Of a stretch of 64,000 nucleotides of DNA, positions 49,174 through 58,470 are shown in pieces. The DNA comes from an uncultured Chloroflexia bacterium (GTDB lineage: Bacteria; Chloroflexota; Chloroflexia; QHBQ01; JADMIH01), in contig CAWCNY010000006.1 of NCBI GenBank assembly GCA_963797095.1, positions 996,374-1,060,373 on the forward strand, read 5' to 3'. The stretch's first letter is position 1. Each line of letters starts with the position of its first letter. The notes below the pieces were generated by a model, which made no database searches, was not told the origin of the DNA, and was given only the letters and a program-made list of their open reading frames with translations. The position numbers and the translations under genes were made by a program.

Positions 49174-50583
49174 ATGATAGCGTGGGAGGGACCTATGGGC
49201 AGACCCGGTGAAACCGATGAGGGCGCACTTGGAGTTAGGGATGCTCAGGATATGAGCGCGGCGGGGACCGTCGCCACCCAGGAGGTGGTCGGGCCAGCCG
49301 CCGACTTCGACACAGGTCTGGCAGTTCGCTACAGCGTGGCTACCTTCGGGTCGCAGGCGGTGTTCACCCTCTTTACCACCGGCATGTCGTTCTTCCTTAG
49401 CTCCTACACCGAGCTAAAGTCGCAGCCTGAGCTTATCGGCTTGCTCTCCAACGAGCGGGCAGCCGTGGCTGCCGTCGCGCAGCCCCTTGTTGGCCGCCTC
49501 AGCGACCGCACGCGCACGCGGCTTGGTAAGCGGCGGCCCTTCATGCTGGTGGGCATACCTGTCACCTCGATTTCTCTGGGAATCCTGGCAACGCACCCCC
49601 CGTTCTGGTTGATGCTGGGCATTCTGACCGTCGCCGCCTTCTTCCTGTGGGTGGCGCTCGACCCTTACAACACGCTGGTCGCCGACCTATTCCGGCCTTC
49701 GCAGAGAGGCCGCGTGGGCGGGATACTTGGCCTGGCACAGATGCTGGGCGCTATTACCTTCCTGTTGTTTGCCATATTCCTCTGGGATAAGACCGACCTT
49801 TCGCTGTTGGGCGTCGCGATCCCCTTCAACGGTGAGCTTCTGGTGTTCGGTGTCACAATCGCGGTACTTCTTCTCACCTTCGGTTTCACCATTGCTACAG
49901 TCAAGGAGCCGCCGCTATCGCGCGATGATGAGCCACCCTTGCAGCGTAGTGAGCGAGCCAGACCCCACCCAGTTGCGTATGTAAAAGACCTGTTCCAATA
50001 CCAGGAGGCGGTCAAATATACCCTGGCGCTCACCTTTTTCTGGATCGGGAACGGTGGAGCTACCCCCTTCCTGGTGCTCTTTGGCGAGAAGGCGCTCGGC
50101 CTATCGCAGTCGGAGAGCTTCTTCCTGCCGCTTGCCTTCGTATTAGCTACAGCACTGATCGCCGTGCCTGCCGGGCTACTCGGAGACCGTATCGGCAAGA
50201 AATCTGTTCTCCTGGCAGGCTTGAGTATATTCGGCATCGCGGCGCTGGTTGGCTCGCAGAGCGGGAACATCGTGCAGGCTGGCATTGCGCTCTTCATAAT
50301 CGGCGTCGGCAACGCGGGCATCGGCACTATGCTCATCCCCCTGCTGGCCGACCTGATACCTCACAGGCGCGCCGCCGAGCTGATAGGATTAAGCTCGGCT
50401 GTAACGTCATTCGCGCAGCCTGTCGGCTCGTTCCTGGCAGGTGAGGTAGTGGCGAGAGCTACCAACATCGTGGGTGAGAACGACGCCTATCGCTGGTCGT
50501 TTATATTTGCGGGTGCGATGGTGGTGCTGGCTGCGCTGTTGTTGCTGCGTGTGCGTCCTGGACGCGCCCGGTTCGCGGAGTGA
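49174..50583 (+). CDS. MFS transporter (sugar/GPH-like)
   Basis: GRLSDRTRTRLGKRRPF; GLLGDRIGKK; ~12 TM. Confidence 0.88.
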   Translation: MIAWEGPMGRPGETDEGALGVRDAQDMSAAGTVATQEVVGPAADFDTGLAVRYSVATFGSQAVFTLFTTGMSFFLSSYTELKSQPELIGLLSNERAAVAAVAQPLVGRLSDRTRTRLGKRRPFMLVGIPVTSISLGILATHPPFWLMLGILTVAAFFLWVALDPYNTLVADLFRPSQRGRVGGILGLAQMLGAITFLLFAIFLWDKTDLSLLGVAIPFNGELLVFGVTIAVLLLTFGFTIATVKEPPLSRDDEPPLQRSERARPHPVAYVKDLFQYQEAVKYTLALTFFWIGNGGATPFLVLFGEKALGLSQSESFFLPLAFVLATALIAVPAGLLGDRIGKKSVLLAGLSIFGIAALVGSQSGNIVQAGIALFIIGVGNAGIGTMLIPLLADLIPHRRAAELIGLSSAVTSFAQPVGSFLAGEVVARATNIVGENDAYRWSFIFAGAMVVLAALLLLRVRPGRARFAE

Positions 50584-50634
50584 GGATGGATGGGAGACGC
50601 CGGGCTAATGCCGGGCTAATAAAGGGGAGAGGCC

Positions 50635-51348
50635 ATGAGTCAGGTTGTAGCTGATGATGCCTCGGATGTAGGGCCGCAGGAGGGCAACGCCGCTCATGCG
50701 ACGTGGGCGATCAAGATCTTCCGACTTGTTCTCATGGTTCTTTTCCGGCTCTTTTTCCGTGTGAAAGTGGCCGGGCGGGGCAATGTGCCATCGACGCCGG
50801 TGATCATCTGTGCGAACCACCTGGGGTGGGCCGACGCGTTCATGGTGTTGCTTTCGCTACCGGCGCAACCTCGTATCTACATCCTGGGAGAAGCCCAGGT
50901 GGCCGGTATTTCGTGGTTCCGCCACTTCATGATTCGCAGGTTGAAGGTCATGATCCCACTCGACCGCAGCAAACCGCGCGAGGCTTTGCGGGTGATGGAG
51001 GACGTGCTGGCGCGCGGCGGCTCCTTGCTGATCTTTCCCGAGGGCCACCTCGGTGCCGAGGAAGGGAAGTTGCTGCCTTTGCAAAACGGGGCCGCCCACC
51101 TATGTCTCCATTCGGGGGTGCCCTTACTGCCCGTGGGGCTGACCGGCACCGGCCAACTGTGGCTGCGCAGGAAACTGGCTTTGCGAATCGGCAAACCTAT
51201 CGATCCTGAATTCACCAGCGGCGACTTTCGCACCCGCCTCACCGACCTCAATCAACTCCTCGATAAAGAGATGCACGCCCTCCTGCCTGGTGACAACGAA
51301 CGCCCACGTATCAGGCTGCTGCGAAAGTGGCTGACCGAACTGCTCTAG
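50635..51348 (+). CDS. Lysophospholipid acyltransferase (PlsC family)
   Basis: NHLGWAD and IFPEG motifs. Confidence 0.88.
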   Translation: MSQVVADDASDVGPQEGNAAHATWAIKIFRLVLMVLFRLFFRVKVAGRGNVPSTPVIICANHLGWADAFMVLLSLPAQPRIYILGEAQVAGISWFRHFMIRRLKVMIPLDRSKPREALRVMEDVLARGGSLLIFPEGHLGAEEGKLLPLQNGAAHLCLHSGVPLLPVGLTGTGQLWLRRKLALRIGKPIDPEFTSGDFRTRLTDLNQLLDKEMHALLPGDNERPRIRLLRKWLTELL

Positions 51349-51496
51349 AGTTGAGGTAAGAGGACTCATCCCATCACCTAGACGGGAACGGTGGGAGAGT
51401 GTATTATTAATGAGCGTGCCTGTGCGGTGCAGTGAGTGCCTACGCGTGGCTCGCCGTTTTGTTTAGAGAGAAAATATTGCAGGGTGAAGGGCTAAG

Positions 51497-51931
51497 ATGG
51501 CATTACGGTGTGAGAGTCCAATAGCGGTATGTTTGCGAACCCCGGCGGCCCAGTGCGTTATCTGCGCTCGCCACTTTTGTAAAGCGCACGGGGATGTAGA
51601 GGCTTCGGTGTGCCGCCTGTGTAAAGCGGAGTACCGGCAAAAGCTTGAGGCCGAAGCAGCGCAAGCGGCAGAGGTAGAGCGCCGCGAGGAAGCGCACAGG
51701 CGCAACCTTGAAGAGAATTTGTGTGGCTGGTACGACTGCCAGAATGAGATGTATGCGCGGTGCGAGCGGTGCGGCCTGTCGTACTGCCCCAAGCATGTGA
51801 GCAGGTACAAGTACAACTACCGGTACAGAACGCGCAAGGGCGTTTACAGGCGGCAGGCCGAGGTGACGCTTTGCGATGCTTGCAAGTACTATTTACCGGA
51901 GTACAAGACGGAGAAAAGCTGGAGAGACTAG
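51497..51931 (+). CDS. Cys/His-rich protein with two putative Zn-binding modules
   Basis: Two C..C/CxxC-x3-CxxH/CxxC units joined by a helical linker. Confidence 0.7.
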   Translation: MALRCESPIAVCLRTPAAQCVICARHFCKAHGDVEASVCRLCKAEYRQKLEAEAAQAAEVERREEAHRRNLEENLCGWYDCQNEMYARCERCGLSYCPKHVSRYKYNYRYRTRKGVYRRQAEVTLCDACKYYLPEYKTEKSWRD

Positions 51932-52058
51932 CGAGTACTGCGTATTGCATACTGCGTGATACTCATTGCGTGTCGGGTATCTCTTCCCGGTTGTCGCTTA
52001 TCAAGTGCTGCTTGCTGCTGCCTATTTTGTTGATTTAGGAGTGTTACAGATAAGCGTT

Positions 52059-53609
52059 ATGAGACCTAAACCTGTTGCATTGGTGATACTGGATGGTCGG
52101 GGATTGAACCCTAGCCGGGAGAACAACGCTATCGCGCTGGCGGATACGCCCAATATGGACCGCCTCTGGGAGGAATATCCGCACACGGCGCTGGATGCTT
52201 CGGAACATGCGGTGGGGCTGCCTTACGGGCAGATGGGTAACTCGGAGGTGGGACACCAGAATATGGGGGCCGGGTTCGTGGTGTACCAGGAACTTACCCG
52301 CCTGGACGCGGCTATCGAGAACGGCAGTTTCTTCGAGAACCCCGAATTAGTCGGCGCGTGCGATCACGTGCTGGCGAAGGGGTCTACGTTGCACTTGCTT
52401 GGCCTGCTTGGGCCGGGTGGGGTCCACAGCCACTGGGCGCACCTCTTCGCCCTGCTGGAACTGGCGAAGCGCAAGGGTATCGAGCGGGTTGTGTATCACG
52501 CGTTCACCGATGGGCGCGATACTCCTCCTACGAGCGGCATTGGGTTCATGCAGACCGTGCTGGATAAGATGGCCGAGTTCGGGGTGGGGCGCGTCGGGAG
52601 CGTATCGGGACGCTATTACGCGATGGACCGCGACAACCGCTGGGATAGGATCAAGCGGGCGTATGACGCCATTGTTCACGGTGAAGGCGCGCGGTTCGAG
52701 AACGCCCCCGACCTGTTCAAGGCTTCCTATGAAGCAGGCGTTACCGATGAGTTTATAGTGCCCGCGCTGGTGGTCGCCCAAGGCGATGAGCCTGCCACCA
52801 TCAAGAGCGGCGATGGGATCATTTACTTCAACTTCAGAAGCGACAGGGGTCGCGAGATGACCCGCGCCATTACCGACAAGACGTTCACGCAGTTCGACCG
52901 TGGAGAGCAACTGCAAGACCTATTCTTCGTGACTATGACGCGCTATGCCGAGGATTTGAATGTGCACGTGGCCTACAAGGCTATGGAGGTGCGCGTACCG
53001 TTGGCACGAGTGCTCAGCGACCGAGGCCTGAAGCAGTTCCACATCGCGGAGACCGAGAAGTACGCGCACGTCACCTTCTTCTTCAACGGGCGTACCGAGC
53101 AGCCGTTTCCGGGCGAAGACCGCGTGCTTGTGCCATCGCCCAAGGTGGCGACCTATGACCTGATGCCTGAGATGAGCGCACACGGCATAACCGAAGAATT
53201 GACGAAGCGGATAGGGTCAGGCGAGTACGATTTCATCGTAGCCAACTTCGCCAATGGCGATATGGTGGGGCACAGCGGCAGGCTGGACGCCACTATCAAG
53301 GCATGCGAGGTGGTCGACGGCTGCGTTGGCGAGGTATTCCAGGCGGTGCAGAAGGTTGGAGGTGTAATGCTGATCACGGCTGATCACGGTAACGCCGATA
53401 TGATGGTAGACCCGCAGACGGGCGAGCCGCATACCTACCATACGCTCAACCCGGTGCCCTTCATCCTGGCCGCGCCCGACGATAGCCCCTTGCGGCATAT
53501 AGCATTAAGGGATGGCGGGCGGCTGTGCGATATCACCCTCACCGTACTTGACATAATGGAGATAGATGCCATCCCCGACATGACCTGCCAGACCCTCCTC
53601 AAGCGCTAG
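52059..53609 (+). CDS. gpmI: 2,3-bisphosphoglycerate-independent phosphoglycerate mutase
   Basis: GQMGNSEVGH, TDGRD, GRYYAMDRD, AETEKYAHVT, DMVGH, TADHGN. Confidence 0.97.
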   Translation: MRPKPVALVILDGRGLNPSRENNAIALADTPNMDRLWEEYPHTALDASEHAVGLPYGQMGNSEVGHQNMGAGFVVYQELTRLDAAIENGSFFENPELVGACDHVLAKGSTLHLLGLLGPGGVHSHWAHLFALLELAKRKGIERVVYHAFTDGRDTPPTSGIGFMQTVLDKMAEFGVGRVGSVSGRYYAMDRDNRWDRIKRAYDAIVHGEGARFENAPDLFKASYEAGVTDEFIVPALVVAQGDEPATIKSGDGIIYFNFRSDRGREMTRAITDKTFTQFDRGEQLQDLFFVTMTRYAEDLNVHVAYKAMEVRVPLARVLSDRGLKQFHIAETEKYAHVTFFFNGRTEQPFPGEDRVLVPSPKVATYDLMPEMSAHGITEELTKRIGSGEYDFIVANFANGDMVGHSGRLDATIKACEVVDGCVGEVFQAVQKVGGVMLITADHGNADMMVDPQTGEPHTYHTLNPVPFILAAPDDSPLRHIALRDGGRLCDITLTVLDIMEIDAIPDMTCQTLLKR

Positions 53610-53630
53610 AGCACAGATCTCATTGAAAAT

Positions 53631-54117
53631 GTAGTGGCACCCCTTGTGGGTGTCCACTATGCATACCTCGATCTTGTCCAATCAGGGCACCCCTAGTGAG
53701 CACGGTTGTCGCATAAAAACACCAGCATAGAAATACCAATTGTAAGATGTACCCTTGTAAGTACCCGATGGAATGCCCCCCAGGCCAAGTCCCGAAGGGA
53801 CGCAAGAGAGTAGCCCAGGGCTTACGCCCTTTGGATCGCACAACCACCCAAAGCAAGTAGTGCCAATGGGACGTAAGAGGGTTGCGTCATTACATTATAC
53901 AGGGCCGGAGGGCTTATTCTTACGTATTCTTACGCCCCTACGGGGCTATGGCATTATTCTTGGGCTTGCCACAGGGCTTACTCCCTGGGCTACTCTCTTG
54001 CCTCCCTTCGGGACTATGTTGGGATGGTGTACAAAGAGGGCACCCGTTAGCAATGCCCGCACTTGGGCCATGTTCATGGGTTTATGCGACAACCTTGCCC
54101 ATAAAGGGTGCCTCTAC
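53631..54117. repeat. Nested REP/REPIN-like inverted repeats (GTAG type)
   Basis: Outer pair 53631-53656 / 54097-54117; inner ~43-bp imperfect IR 53788-53830 / 53973-54015. Confidence 0.65.
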
Positions 54118-54262
54118 CTGACCTCCAAAAATTCACCCCAAAGTACACCCCAAAACCTGTCCCGTTTTGTCCCACCAAGGCCATTAAGTTAACGAGGGCA
54201 AGACCAACCACCTTCAAATCAAAATCCTGAAACTCATATTACCTGCTGTACCAAAGTACGCA

Positions 54263-55177
54263 CTAAACGTAATTAGCAGGATTTCCTGTAGATGAGGTTT
54301 GGGCCTGATCCGCGATGTGATCGTGGATCAGGTGGCCGTGATCGTGGCGTACACCGACCTCATGCAGGTGCTCGTGAATCAGGTTGGCCCTGATCAGCAG
54401 TTTGTGGTCGGCCAGGATTTCCTCCGGCGTGCCGTCGGCCAGGATGCAGCGCTCCTCCCCGATCACGACCACTCGGCGGGCGATAATGGGCACGATCTCA
54501 AGCTCATGTGTGGCGGTGATTATCGTCTTGCCTGCTTCGCCCAGCTTACGGATCAGGTTCACCAGCACCCACTTGGTGCGTGGGTCGAGCGAGGCGGTAG
54601 GCTCGTCCAGCAAGATCACTTCCGGGCGAAGCGAGAGCACGGAAGCTATGGCGGCGCGCTTCTTTTCGCCACCCGAAAGCTCGAAAGGTGCTCGGTTCGC
54701 GAGAGGGGTTATCTCCATCTGGGCCAGGGCTTCGTCAACCCGCTCTTTGACCTCTTGCTTGGTCAGGCCGAGTTGAAGCGGGCCGAAGGCTACGTCGTCC
54801 AGCACGGTGGCGCTGAAAAGCTGGATGTCGGGGTCCTGGAAGACTAGACCGACCTCGCGATGGAAGCGGAATGAGTCTTGCCCGTTGGCGACGGCAGCAA
54901 TATCGAGGCCCAGGGCGCGCATAGTGCCCTCGCTTGGGCCAATGATACCGTCGAGTAGCTTCAGCAAAGTTGATTTACCTGATCCATTCGCCCCCAGAAG
55001 CACCACCTGTTCGCCAGGGTCGATATCAAGGTCTATACCGTCGAGGGCGACCTGCCGCCCGGCGTAGAGGTAACGCACGCCTCGCAGGTGAAAGGTGCCC
55101 CCTTCACGGTCGGTGGAGAGTTGGGCGAGATTGTCTTGAGCCGCAACATGCCCATTATTTGAATAGGTGCCTGTCAA
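54263..55177 (-). CDS. cbiO: ECF Ni/Co transporter ATPase (CbiO/NikO)
   Basis: GANGSGKS, FQDPD, LSGGE, LLDEP; His-rich C-tail; TTG start overlapping cbiQ stop (uncertain). Confidence 0.9.
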   Translation of the reverse strand: MTGTYSNNGHVAAQDNLAQLSTDREGGTFHLRGVRYLYAGRQVALDGIDLDIDPGEQVVLLGANGSGKSTLLKLLDGIIGPSEGTMRALGLDIAAVANGQDSFRFHREVGLVFQDPDIQLFSATVLDDVAFGPLQLGLTKQEVKERVDEALAQMEITPLANRAPFELSGGEKKRAAIASVLSLRPEVILLDEPTASLDPRTKWVLVNLIRKLGEAGKTIITATHELEIVPIIARRVVVIGEERCILADGTPEEILADHKLLIRANLIHEHLHEVGVRHDHGHLIHDHIADQAQTSSTGNPANYV

Positions 55178-56049
55178 GGAAGATACCTCCCGGCAAGGGT
55201 GGCGGCTACAGCCAGAATGACCGCCCCCAGGATCGCCAGCCAATCGGTGGCGGTCATGACGTAGTTATTATAGCTGCGTACCTGCCCGGTGAAGCCCCTG
55301 GCAAGCATAGCGGAATAAACATCGTTGCTCATCTTGAAGGAGCGGCCCATCAGGTTCATCATCTGGTTGGTTATCCAGCCTCTGTGTTCATCGCCCGAAG
55401 TTTTGCCTACCATCCTGCTCTTGCGTGCCTCAAATAACCCATTGGTTATGCGAAAGAAGAGGAAGATATAGCGATAAGTCATCGAGAGGAGGAGCACAAA
55501 GACCTGGGGAACGCGCAAGGCCTGAAGGCTCTTGAGCACATCGGCCCAGGGGGTGGTCAGCACCAGGAGCACAGCAAGGGATACGCTGACGCCAACCCTC
55601 GATATGAATATGATCGCTCCTGTCAAACCGGGCCAGGAAGGAGCTACGTGGAGAGGCCCCAGGGCGAGATCGAAGATACGCGGCCCGGCGGCGAAAAAGA
55701 TGGATGGTATGATCACGATGCCCGCGAAGAAAGGGATGCCGATCCATACTCGCTTGACGAAGAAGTCGAACGGTACGCGGCTGGCGTAGGCTGCGGCTAG
55801 TATAGCCGCATAGAGGCCGGCCAGCACCACGAACGAATTTGAGAGGCTGGCAGCCAGCACCACGGCTAGGAACATGCCCCACTTGGCGCGAGGGTCGATA
55901 CTTTGCAGCCAACCGCTCTTGCGGGCGTGCTCCTCGGTGAATACAGCTCGTTCGATTGAGGCTGTTATGCCGGAAACTGTGTGCTCCAGCCAGCCAATGT
56001 GGCCTTCCTTTTCTGCGTGGCTATGCGGGTGAGAAGTAACGGCGCTCAT
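55174..56049 (-). CDS. cbiQ: ECF Ni/Co transporter T component (CbiQ/NikQ)
   Basis: IDPRAK, TYRYIF, ARKSR, AMLARGF. Confidence 0.9.
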   Translation of the reverse strand: MSAVTSHPHSHAEKEGHIGWLEHTVSGITASIERAVFTEEHARKSGWLQSIDPRAKWGMFLAVVLAASLSNSFVVLAGLYAAILAAAYASRVPFDFFVKRVWIGIPFFAGIVIIPSIFFAAGPRIFDLALGPLHVAPSWPGLTGAIIFISRVGVSVSLAVLLVLTTPWADVLKSLQALRVPQVFVLLLSMTYRYIFLFFRITNGLFEARKSRMVGKTSGDEHRGWITNQMMNLMGRSFKMSNDVYSAMLARGFTGQVRSYNNYVMTATDWLAILGAVILAVAATLAGRYLP

Positions 56050-57344
56050 GGTGGAGACGTACCTTGAGCGCCGGTGCCGACTGTTTCACCGGTACTGGAC
56101 CTTCGTATGAGGGTAGAGAAAGCCAGGATTGCAAGGCCGAGCAACAGTATGCCGATGATACCGCTGATCTCGTAGCCGATGGCGGTCTGCCAGAGGGCGG
56201 CATTGGCGTCGCTGAAGAAGGGGAGCGGTATGTTATAGTCTGCCAAAGGCGCGCTGAAGATGCTCGACAGGTCTTGCAGACCCTTGGGCACATAGCCGAA
56301 GGCGGCCTGCACATCTTCGGGGCTACCTTCACCGTAGGCAAATCCGGGCGCGATAAGGCCAAGCGGTGCCAGGATCGCCAGCGCCATAAAGGCTGTACCG
56401 ATGCCTTTGAGGCGTTTCGGCAAGAGAAAGTATGTAAGTGGGATCAGGATAACAGCGATGATGGCTACTATGAGGAGCATGGTGCCTACATCGGCCCAAT
56501 TAACCTGCGACCAGTCTGCGCCGAAGAAGTGTCCGAAGTCGCCACCACCGGTGATCAACCCGGCAATCAAGAGGATGATCAGGCCTCCAAGTGCTGTCAG
56601 CGCGACGACCTGGCCGAGAGGTCTCCCCGCAGGCCGACCTTCGGTAATGCCCGGCCCGGCGAAGATGGAGCGTAGCGATGTGAGATATTCGGGGTGGCGG
56701 CTCTGTAGATAGGCCATTCCAAGGGCGGTGATTATACCCTCTACTATGGACGCGCCGAAGGCGTGGGCGATCAGCATAGCGGGTATAGCCGCATCTAGCC
56801 CGTAGGGACTGTAGAGGGGATTGCCTGCCGAGTTGGTGAAAAGGATCGGTTGCAAACCCAGTTCGATGCCCACCAGGAGGGCGGCGGCGGTCATCCCTAT
56901 ATACGCCCCGATCCCTGCGGCCCACGCCCGACGTATAGAGAGGATGGGGGCGTTGGCGGCGATTGCTCTGTAGGACCAATAGCCAACCAGAGGCAGGACG
57001 ACACCCATGTTGAGGCAGTTGATGAAGATGGCGAGTATGCCGCCATCGCCGAAGAATAGGGCCTGGATGATGAGGGCCATGCTTACGCCGATGATGGCGG
57101 CGGGTACGCCTAACACAATGGCGATGAGGGTGCCGCCAACGCCGTGGGCGGTTGTGCCGCCGGGCACTGGCACGTTGAACATCATGATGGTGAAGCTGAA
57201 GGCGGCGAAGATCGCTAGCAGGGGCACGGTGCGGTTGTTGAGCACCGACTGTACGCGCTTGACAGCGATGGCCCAGGCGGGGATCGTGACGATCCCGGAG
57301 CCGAGCGACATTATGGGGCTGAGGTATCCATCGGGAATATGCAC
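56046..57344 (-). CDS. cbiM: ECF Ni/Co S component CbiM/NikM fused to NikN/PDGLE-like domain
   Basis: MHIPDGYL, GGTTAH, QALFFGDGG; C-terminal PLADY domain. Confidence 0.9.
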   Translation of the reverse strand: MHIPDGYLSPIMSLGSGIVTIPAWAIAVKRVQSVLNNRTVPLLAIFAAFSFTIMMFNVPVPGGTTAHGVGGTLIAIVLGVPAAIIGVSMALIIQALFFGDGGILAIFINCLNMGVVLPLVGYWSYRAIAANAPILSIRRAWAAGIGAYIGMTAAALLVGIELGLQPILFTNSAGNPLYSPYGLDAAIPAMLIAHAFGASIVEGIITALGMAYLQSRHPEYLTSLRSIFAGPGITEGRPAGRPLGQVVALTALGGLIILLIAGLITGGGDFGHFFGADWSQVNWADVGTMLLIVAIIAVILIPLTYFLLPKRLKGIGTAFMALAILAPLGLIAPGFAYGEGSPEDVQAAFGYVPKGLQDLSSIFSAPLADYNIPLPFFSDANAALWQTAIGYEISGIIGILLLGLAILAFSTLIRRSSTGETVGTGAQGTSPP

Positions 57345-57476
57345 CTGACTTCTCCTTGAGCGGTTTGGGTGGTCCGTTTGTGATCAGCAGCCGGTGGTCG
57401 GGGCGGGGTGGTTTTGAAAGCTTTTTGGCCTTCTCTTACCAGTAAGGACATGCAAGTACAAGTTGCAGATATATGG

Positions 57477-57505
57477 ATTATACAACGTTTGCAACTGGTT
57501 GCAAA
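57477..57505 (-). promoter_or_regulatory. Promoter with overlapping palindromic operator for cbiMQO
   Basis: TTGCAA-16 bp-TATAAT on minus strand; TTTGCAACTGGTTGCAAA palindrome 57488-57505. Confidence 0.5.
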
Positions 57506-57590
57506 TCTCTATAGTCAATTACGTCACAGATCGGGATTTGGATTTGTCTCAAACTAAACTTGCCGTGTGGCGGACAACAGCTTATACACC

Positions 57591-58451
57591 TCAGCCCAGG
57601 GCGAGCGCCATCACGCCTACAACCATCGCGCTGCTGGCGGCCAGTCGTCGGACGGCATCACCTTCAGAGAGGAGGCGAGTGCCGAGGAGTGCGCCCAGCA
57701 GGATGCTGATTTCGCGGGTTGGCGCGACGTAGCTGACTGGGCTTATGACAAGGGCCGTCAGCACCAGGATGTAAGAAATCGGGCTGAGAATTCCCACCGC
57801 AAAGAGTGCGGCTTTGTGGTCGCGCCAGTGAGCCGCCACCTCGGGGCGGCGGGTGGCAGCAACGGGTATGAGGAGGAGCACTCGGCCTGCGCTGGAGCCG
57901 TAATATTGGAGAAGAGGCGCGATCATGACGGTGGAGACTGCCAGTTTGTCCCAGAGGGTGTACGCGCCTATTATGACCCCTGTGATGAGGCCATAGAAGG
58001 CGGCCTGGACAGCGCCATTGGCTTTGAGAGCGTTCAGGCCGCCCGTGAGGAAGAACGCGCCTCCAGCGATCAGAATGGCACCGGCCAGAGCGGGAAGGGT
58101 AGGACGCTCTCCGAGGAGGGCTATTGCGCCGAGCGTTGAGAGGAGTGGGCCGGTGCCGCGTGCCAGGGGGTAGACCAGAGAGAAGTCGCCAGCGCGGTAG
58201 CCCCGCAGGAGCGCGATAAAGTAGGAGAGGTGCAGGAGGGCGCTCCCGAACATCATGGCAATCTCCAGAAGGCCTATATGTGGCGATTCGAGCACGAACA
58301 GGATGACAACCAGTGGCGCAAACGCTACAAGAGAGATAGCATCAGAAAGCCAGACAAAGACCACATCACCACGCGCACGCTTCGCGAAGAGGTTCCACGT
58401 GGCATGGAACACCGCCGAGAGGAGCACCATAGTGAGGGCGAGTGTAGTCAC
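57591..58451 (-). CDS. EamA/DMT family transporter
   Basis: SAVFHATWN, YPLARGTGP, VSYVAPTRE; ~10 TM. Confidence 0.88.
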   Translation of the reverse strand: MTTLALTMVLLSAVFHATWNLFAKRARGDVVFVWLSDAISLVAFAPLVVILFVLESPHIGLLEIAMMFGSALLHLSYFIALLRGYRAGDFSLVYPLARGTGPLLSTLGAIALLGERPTLPALAGAILIAGGAFFLTGGLNALKANGAVQAAFYGLITGVIIGAYTLWDKLAVSTVMIAPLLQYYGSSAGRVLLLIPVAATRRPEVAAHWRDHKAALFAVGILSPISYILVLTALVISPVSYVAPTREISILLGALLGTRLLSEGDAVRRLAASSAMVVGVMALALG

Positions 58452-58470
58452 TTAGGTCGCGTGTATGGAG

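Noticed and set aside
53620-54192. Short ORFs in the gpmI-cbiO gap
   Set aside because: Derived from REP-like palindromes; no coding signal
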